NCBI GenBank assembly: GCA_045863335.1 | Contig: BTVY01000087.1 | Location: 1-12,121, forward strand | Reading direction: 5' to 3' | Length of the DNA: 12,121 nucleotides | Source of the DNA: Candidatus Hydrogenedentota bacterium | Lineage (GTDB): Bacteria > Hydrogenedentota > Hydrogenedentia > Hydrogenedentales > SLHB01 | Shown: positions 7,820 to 12,121 of the stretch, piece after piece | How the letters are laid out: every line of letters starts with the position of its first letter | Numbering within the stretch: the first letter of the stretch is position 1 | Position numbers and translations under genes: made by a program | The notes under the pieces: model-generated | Told to the model about the DNA's origin: nothing | Databases searched by the model: none | Seen by the model: the letters and a program-made list of their open reading frames with translations, nothing else

Positions 7820-8685
7820 GATTTCAGATTCTCCAGCACGATGTTGCGCATGACTTCGACGGGGGCGTCCACTCCGGTGAACCGTTCGAACTGCAGGACG
7901 GCCTGGTTGACGAACATCTCCACCCCGGGGATGGTCGTCAGACCTTTGGCCTTGGCGTCTTTCAGCAGTTTCGTTTCGAGCGGGTTGTACACGATGTCGA
8001 AGACGACTTGCCCCGCGCGGAAGAGGTCGGGTGGCACGAGGGACGCGTCTTCCTTGGGGTGCATGCCGACGGAGGTGCAATGGATGATAATGTCGGCCTT
8101 GGCCATGGCGGCGGCGAGGGAATCGGGCGTTGAGAGGCTCGCCTGGATGTTGGCCTTCGTGCCCGACTTGAGGTCGGAAGTAAGGCCGTTGAGCAACTCT
8201 TCGTTGATGTCGAGCAAGTTCAGCTCGTTGAGTTTCGTGGTCCACGCGAGCGTGAAAGTAATTGCGCGCGCCGCGCCGCCTGCGCCAATGACGAGCACGT
8301 TCTTACCGTCCACATCGACGCCGTGATCCGTGAGTGACTTTAACGCGCCCGGCCCGTCCGTGCCGAACCCGATCAGTTTGCCGTTCTCGTGTACGACAGT
8401 GTTGATGGCGCCGATGGACCGGTCGACTTCCGCGATTTCGTCGCAGTACTTCATGACCTCCACCTTGTGGGGGATGGTCACGCTCATGCCGCGGAATCCG
8501 TTGAACGCGCGCATGCCGGCCAATGCGCCTTTCACGTCTTCGACCGCGAAGGCGACGTAGACAAAGTCGAGTCCTTTGGCCGCGTAGCCCGCGTTGTGAA
8601 TAGCGGGCGACATGCTGTGGCCGATGGGATTGCCGATGACCGCGCACAATTGGGTCTTCGCGCTGATCGCTGGTGAACCGCTCAT
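7816..8685 (-). CDS. aroE: Shikimate (or quinate/shikimate) dehydrogenase, 289 aa
   Basis: GNPIGHSMSPAIHN, SVTIPHK (catalytic Lys), GAINT, TDG (catalytic Asp), GAGGAARA, DIVYNPLET, GVEMFVNQA. Start ATG 8685 follows an AGGAGGT RBS (8689-8695); the upstream extension in the ORF track runs through repeat DNA. Confidence 0.95.
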   Translation of the reverse strand: MSGSPAISAKTQLCAVIGNPIGHSMSPAIHNAGYAAKGLDFVYVAFAVEDVKGALAGMRAFNGFRGMSVTIPHKVEVMKYCDEIAEVDRSIGAINTVVHENGKLIGFGTDGPGALKSLTDHGVDVDGKNVLVIGAGGAARAITFTLAWTTKLNELNLLDINEELLNGLTSDLKSGTKANIQASLSTPDSLAAAMAKADIIIHCTSVGMHPKEDASLVPPDLFRAGQVVFDIVYNPLETKLLKDAKAKGLTTIPGVEMFVNQAVLQFERFTGVDAPVEVMRNIVLENLKS

Positions 8686-8736
8686 GAAACCTCCTGTTGT
8701 AGGCGTCGCCAATAGTTGTCGGCGGACTGCGAAAGC

Positions 8737-8802
8737 AAATTCGAAATACGAAACTCGAAATACGAAACAAGCACAAATGACCAAAATTCTAATGACCGAA
8801 AC
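8737..8802. repeat. A-rich degenerate 7-bp tandem repeat array
   Basis: AAATTCG AAATACG AAACTCG AAATACG AAAC, then AAGCACA AATGACC AAAATTCT AATGACC GAAAC. Sharply AT-rich against the GC-rich background. Confidence 0.85.
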
Positions 8803-8854
8803 GAGCACCAGGATCCATCGACGGTCGTAGACGGTAGTCGTTGGCTCCGAATCT

Positions 8855-8880
8855 CGCCCGGCATGGAAGCCGGGCGCTAC
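8855..8880 (-). repeat. GTAG-family REP-like palindrome
   Basis: Minus strand reads GTAG-CGCCCGGC-TTCCAT-GCCGGGCG: a GTAG tetranucleotide foot directly followed by a perfect 8-bp GC stem with a 6-nt loop. Single copy in the window. Confidence 0.7.
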
Positions 8881-9059
8881 AATTCGAACTCCCCGTCTCG
8901 GTCGGCCTGCAAATTCGCATCGCGGGCGCGTTACGACGTCGTCGGAGCGCATAGAGTAGCGTGCGGGGCGGGTGCGGCGCAATTCTGTTGTGATTGCAGT
9001 CTTGCTCGTACATCGGGACATGTGCACAATGACGCGGGGTAGTTGGCAAGCGGGGCGGC

Positions 9060-11852
9060 ATGGCACAAGCACCTGACATCATTCGATACCTGCGGCGGTG
9101 TTACGAGTCGGATAATCGTGAGACGTCGATTACGAATCTATTTCACGAGAAGATTCGTCATCGCGTGTTTGTCCGGGATACGGAAGACCTGCTCCGGGGG
9201 ATCTTGAATGAGATTCCGCTGGAGCCCGCGGGCGCCGAGGCGGCGTCCAAGGAGGCGAGTCTTCACCGGAAAGAGAAGTCGCTGGTGTACTGCGCGTTTC
9301 CCATCGTGGGCCCGTCGCCGAAGCACGGTTTGCTGCCCACGCAACTGTGCGCGCCGTTGTTTTTCTATCCGGCGGAGATTGTCGAATCGCCGAAGGGATG
9401 GATGCTGCGGGCGGCGCTGGACCAGCAGCGCGTCAATGTACCCGTGTTGACGGCGCTGGCGGGCGGGGGCGAGATTTCCGAGACGTTTGTGGAAGAGTTG
9501 CTCGCGGAGCTGCCTGCGCCGCCCTTTGAGAAGGACAGCGTCCATCAGTTGATGGGGCTGCTGTCGGACTTTGCGCAGGGAATCGACTTCTGGGGGCTTT
9601 CTGAGTATCCAAATCTGGCGAACGAGCGGCGCGTTCGAGAGGCGATGAATGCGGAACGTCCGGGCGACACCCCTCCCCTCGCCTGTTTGAGTGCCGCGGC
9701 GATGGCACTGATTCCAAACTCACCGGACACGCGGGGCGTGTTGTTCGAGCTAGAGGCAATTGCGAACTCGCCGCGTCTGTCGACGCCGCTGCGGGTGCTC
9801 TTCGGGGAAACGGCGGCGGACGCAACGAGTTCATCCAAGGAACGAACTGACCCGTGTGTGCCGGCCGTGTTGAGTCAGGCGCAAGTGGCGGTGATGGATT
9901 CGGCCTGCACCAATCCGTTGACGCTGGTCATCGGTCCGCCGGGTACGGGGAAGTCGTACACTATCGCGGCGCTGGCGCTGGATCAGTTGAGCAAGGGACG
10001 GTCTGTTGTGGTCGCGTCGCGGATGCATCACGCGATCGAAGTTATCCACGGCAAGATCGAGGACATGCTCGGTCCAACCCAGTGCGTCATTCGGGCGGGC
10101 CGCGAAGAGTCCATGCGCGAGATGAAGAAGTATCTCGAGTTACTTCTTCAAGGTATTCGACCTAGAAAGAGTGATACGCCGATAGCGTCCGATTCGATAC
10201 GGCGTTCGCTTGCGCAAACGGAACGGTTGGCCGGGAAGCTGGAGCGGCGTCTCGAACAATTGAGCGCGTTGGAACAGCGCTGGGGGCTGGTGACGACGCA
10301 ATCGGCGGCCGACGGTTTGTGGAGCCGGTTGCAGCTTGCGTACCTGAACTGGCGCAAGGCTACTCCGGAACCGCTATGGAGTTTAGCGGAGAACTACGAG
10401 CGACTCCTTGACCAGCGAACGGCGCTTACACGGCAATTGCTCCAGGAGCTGATCGCCGAACGTCTCGATACGATGGTGACGAAACACCGGGGCGACCTCA
10501 CCAAACTGCTTCACGCCTTGCGAAGCCGGACGGACCGCAAGAAGGAGAGAATGTTCGGCGAGATCGATCTGGACGTGTTGTTCCGGACTTTTCCGATTTG
10601 GCTCGTAACGATGTCGGAGTTGTCCGAAGTACTCCCGCTAGGTGACGAACTGTTTGACGTGGCGATCATCGACGAAGCGACGCAGTGCGACATGGCGAGT
10701 TGTTTGCCGCTGCTGCAGCGGGCCCGGCGGATCGCCATTGTGGGCGATCCGAATCAGCTTCGGCATGTATCGTTCTTGTCGAGGGAGCGTCAGCGACTGG
10801 CCGCGGAGGAGTTCGGACTTGACGATGCGCAGCAGGGGGCTTTCGCGTACCGGGATAAGAGCGTGCTGGATCTCGTGAACGAGTCCATCGGCTCGCAGAA
10901 GAGCGTGATGTTTCTGGACGAGCATTTCCGCAGCCTGCCGCAGATCATTGCCTTCAGCAACCGCGAGTTTTACGCGGACGCGTTGCGCGTCATGACGCGA
11001 CGGCCAGAGACGACGGGTTTGCGGGCGATAGAACTGCGCCGGGTGCAGGGCTCGCGGAATGAGCAGGGGGTGAACCGCGCGGAGGCCGACGCGCTGGTTG
11101 AAGAGGTTCTGCGGCGGATGGAACGGGAAGCCGGACTTTCGGGGACGGCTTCCTCCATCGGAATTCTGAGTCCGTTTCGCGATCAGGTGGATCACTTGCT
11201 GGCTCGGATTGAGAAGGCGGTCTCGTTGGATGCGTTGAGGAAGCACGACATCCTCGTCGGTACCGCGCACACGTTTCAGGGCGAGGAGCGCGATGTGATG
11301 TATTTGTCGCTGGTGGTCGATCCGGCATCTCACGCGGCGACGTTCCGGTTTCTGAACAATCCGAATGTGTTTAACGTGGCGGTGACGCGCGCGAGGAACT
11401 ATCAGTACGTGTTCTGTTCGGTGGATGCGGAATCTCTCGAGGGGGATTCGCTGCTTCGCCGGTATTTACAACATGCTGAAGCGGCTCCGGGGGCGACGGT
11501 AGCGTCGAGGGATGCGGTAGATGATGCGTATCTCGCCGAAGTGTGTAGCGCGCTGGAGTCGGCAGGAGTGCAGGTGTTGCCGTCATATGTGGTCGCCGGA
11601 ATGAAGATCGATCTCGTGGCTTCGCGGGACGAGCGATCGATTGGGATCGATCTCATTGGGTATCCGGGAGCGCTGGCGGCGGCGTTTGCGCTGGACCGGT
11701 ATCGGGTGTTTCAGCGCGCGGGGCTTGCGTTGTTTCCGCTGCCGTATTCGGCGTGGTTGGAGCGGCGGGATGAGTGCGTTGCGGGGATATTGGGGTGGTT
11801 GGGGGCGCGGCAAGCGGGTTGCGCTGTGCGCGAGCGCACAAATCTCCAATGA
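9060..11852 (+). CDS. Superfamily 1 (Upf1/DNA2/NAM7-like, AAA_11/AAA_12) helicase with DUF4011-like N-terminus and C-terminal Vsr/MTES_1575-like restriction-endonuclease-fold domain, 930 aa
   Basis: Q-motif LSQAQ, Walker A GPPGTGKS (9933-9956), Walker B FDVAIIDEATQ (DE at 10671-10676), VGDPNQL, LDEHFRS, IGILSPFRDQ, GTAHTFQGEERD, FNVAVTRAR. Helical/coiled insert between motifs I and II. C-terminal VCSALESAG...YVVAGMKIDLV...IGIDLIG...RAGLALFPL..SAW. Confidence 0.88.
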   Translation: MAQAPDIIRYLRRCYESDNRETSITNLFHEKIRHRVFVRDTEDLLRGILNEIPLEPAGAEAASKEASLHRKEKSLVYCAFPIVGPSPKHGLLPTQLCAPLFFYPAEIVESPKGWMLRAALDQQRVNVPVLTALAGGGEISETFVEELLAELPAPPFEKDSVHQLMGLLSDFAQGIDFWGLSEYPNLANERRVREAMNAERPGDTPPLACLSAAAMALIPNSPDTRGVLFELEAIANSPRLSTPLRVLFGETAADATSSSKERTDPCVPAVLSQAQVAVMDSACTNPLTLVIGPPGTGKSYTIAALALDQLSKGRSVVVASRMHHAIEVIHGKIEDMLGPTQCVIRAGREESMREMKKYLELLLQGIRPRKSDTPIASDSIRRSLAQTERLAGKLERRLEQLSALEQRWGLVTTQSAADGLWSRLQLAYLNWRKATPEPLWSLAENYERLLDQRTALTRQLLQELIAERLDTMVTKHRGDLTKLLHALRSRTDRKKERMFGEIDLDVLFRTFPIWLVTMSELSEVLPLGDELFDVAIIDEATQCDMASCLPLLQRARRIAIVGDPNQLRHVSFLSRERQRLAAEEFGLDDAQQGAFAYRDKSVLDLVNESIGSQKSVMFLDEHFRSLPQIIAFSNREFYADALRVMTRRPETTGLRAIELRRVQGSRNEQGVNRAEADALVEEVLRRMEREAGLSGTASSIGILSPFRDQVDHLLARIEKAVSLDALRKHDILVGTAHTFQGEERDVMYLSLVVDPASHAATFRFLNNPNVFNVAVTRARNYQYVFCSVDAESLEGDSLLRRYLQHAEAAPGATVASRDAVDDAYLAEVCSALESAGVQVLPSYVVAGMKIDLVASRDERSIGIDLIGYPGALAAAFALDRYRVFQRAGLALFPLPYSAWLERRDECVAGILGWLGARQAGCAVRERTNLQ

Positions 11853-11854
11853 AG

Positions 11855-11883
11855 ATGGGTCCCCGCCTGCGCGGGGATGACGG
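11855..11883 (-). repeat. CGTC-family REP-like (dRS3-like) palindrome, possibly also acting as the helicase terminator hairpin
   Basis: Minus strand reads CCGTCATCCCCGCGCAGGCGGGGACCCAT. The 7-bp stem TCCCCGC/GCGGGGA (11860-11866 / 11871-11877) has a 4-nt loop and a CGTCA foot, directly after the helicase stop. Confidence 0.75.
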
Positions 11884-11943
11884 TTTGGGGGTGGGGGTAG
11901 TTACTGGTTCTTTATCCCGACAGCGGAATGATGCGCACATGTA

Positions 11944-11996
11944 GCGAGATGCAGTGGGACATGATGCCACTGATATTGCGAGACGCAGTGGGATAT
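11944..11996. repeat. 19-bp imperfect direct repeat, 2 copies, 34-bp period
   Basis: GCGAGATGCAGTGGGACAT (11944-11962) and GCGAGACGCAGTGGGATAT (11978-11996), 17/19 identical. Confidence 0.7.
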
Positions 11997-12024
11997 TCGC
12001 GCGCAAAAGCACTGCACATGGTCC

Positions 12025-12121
12025 TCGGGATCGGTATCGCGATCGCTATCGGTATCGGGATCGAAGTTTGAGGCGGCAGTTGCTCTCGATTTCGATCTCG
12101 ATACCGATACCGATACCGATA
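12025..12121. repeat. Inverted pair of 6-bp tandem arrays (GGTATC-like / GATACC-like) forming a long hairpin, truncated by the window edge
   Basis: Left arm GGGATC GGTATC GCGATC GCTATC GGTATC GGGATC GAA; right arm TTC GATCTC GATACC GATACC GATACC GATA. 12035-12065 pairs with 12091-12121 at 27/31 positions around a 25-nt loop. Confidence 0.92.

Noticed and set aside
7820-8245. 142-aa N-terminal extension of aroK, or an aroE-aroK frameshift fusion
   Set aside because: The extension is an off-frame reading of aroE. The ATGA stop/start overlap explains the junction as ordinary translational coupling, and both proteins are full length.
7319-8326. 335-aa plus-strand ORF antisense to aroK/aroE
   Set aside because: Mirror frame of two conserved housekeeping genes with no domain signature.
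8686-9072. 129-aa N-terminal extension of aroE and small ORFs in the aroE-helicase gap
   Set aside because: They translate the heptamer array and REP (FVFRVSYFEF, SKFEIRNSKYET) and lack RBS support; AGGAGGT marks ATG 8685 as the aroE start.
11825-11840. TGTGCG-CGAG-CGCACA hairpin as a terminator
   Set aside because: It lies inside the helicase coding sequence and has no U-tract on the coding strand.
11944-11996. Mini-CRISPR (two repeats and one spacer)
   Set aside because: The repeat is only 19 bp and the spacer 15 bp, with two imperfect copies and no cas context.
11653-12012. 119-aa minus-strand ORF overlapping the helicase 3' end
   Set aside because: Pro/Thr/Ala-rich low-complexity translation spanning the REP and the helicase antisense strand, with no RBS or motif.

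Overview
GC-rich bacterial window with 7 credible genes in three blocks. (1) A carbohydrate cluster: a GH127-like cysteine glycosidase (minus strand) diverges from a probable two-gene operon encoding an unassigned secreted beta-propeller plus helical-domain protein and a GH106-like alpha-L-rhamnosidase. (2) On the minus strand, translationally coupled aroE-aroK followed by a lower-GC orphan DUF433 antitoxin-like gene. (3) A stand-alone 930-aa Upf1/DNA2-like SF1 helicase with a DUF4011-like N-terminus and a degenerate Vsr/MTES_1575-like C-terminal domain. The intergenic DNA holds several unrelated repeat types: a 10-mer array at the left edge, a 7-mer array and a GTAG-type REP between aroE and the helicase, and a CGTC/dRS3-like REP, a 19-bp direct repeat and an inverted 6-mer array at the right edge. 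Both window ends fall inside repeats, which suggests a contig broken at repeats. Best novelty candidates: the 718-aa putative new glycan-active enzyme, the compact helicase-nuclease (possible defence gene), and the short-tandem-repeat hairpin elements. All family calls come from motif recognition by eye; no database search was run.
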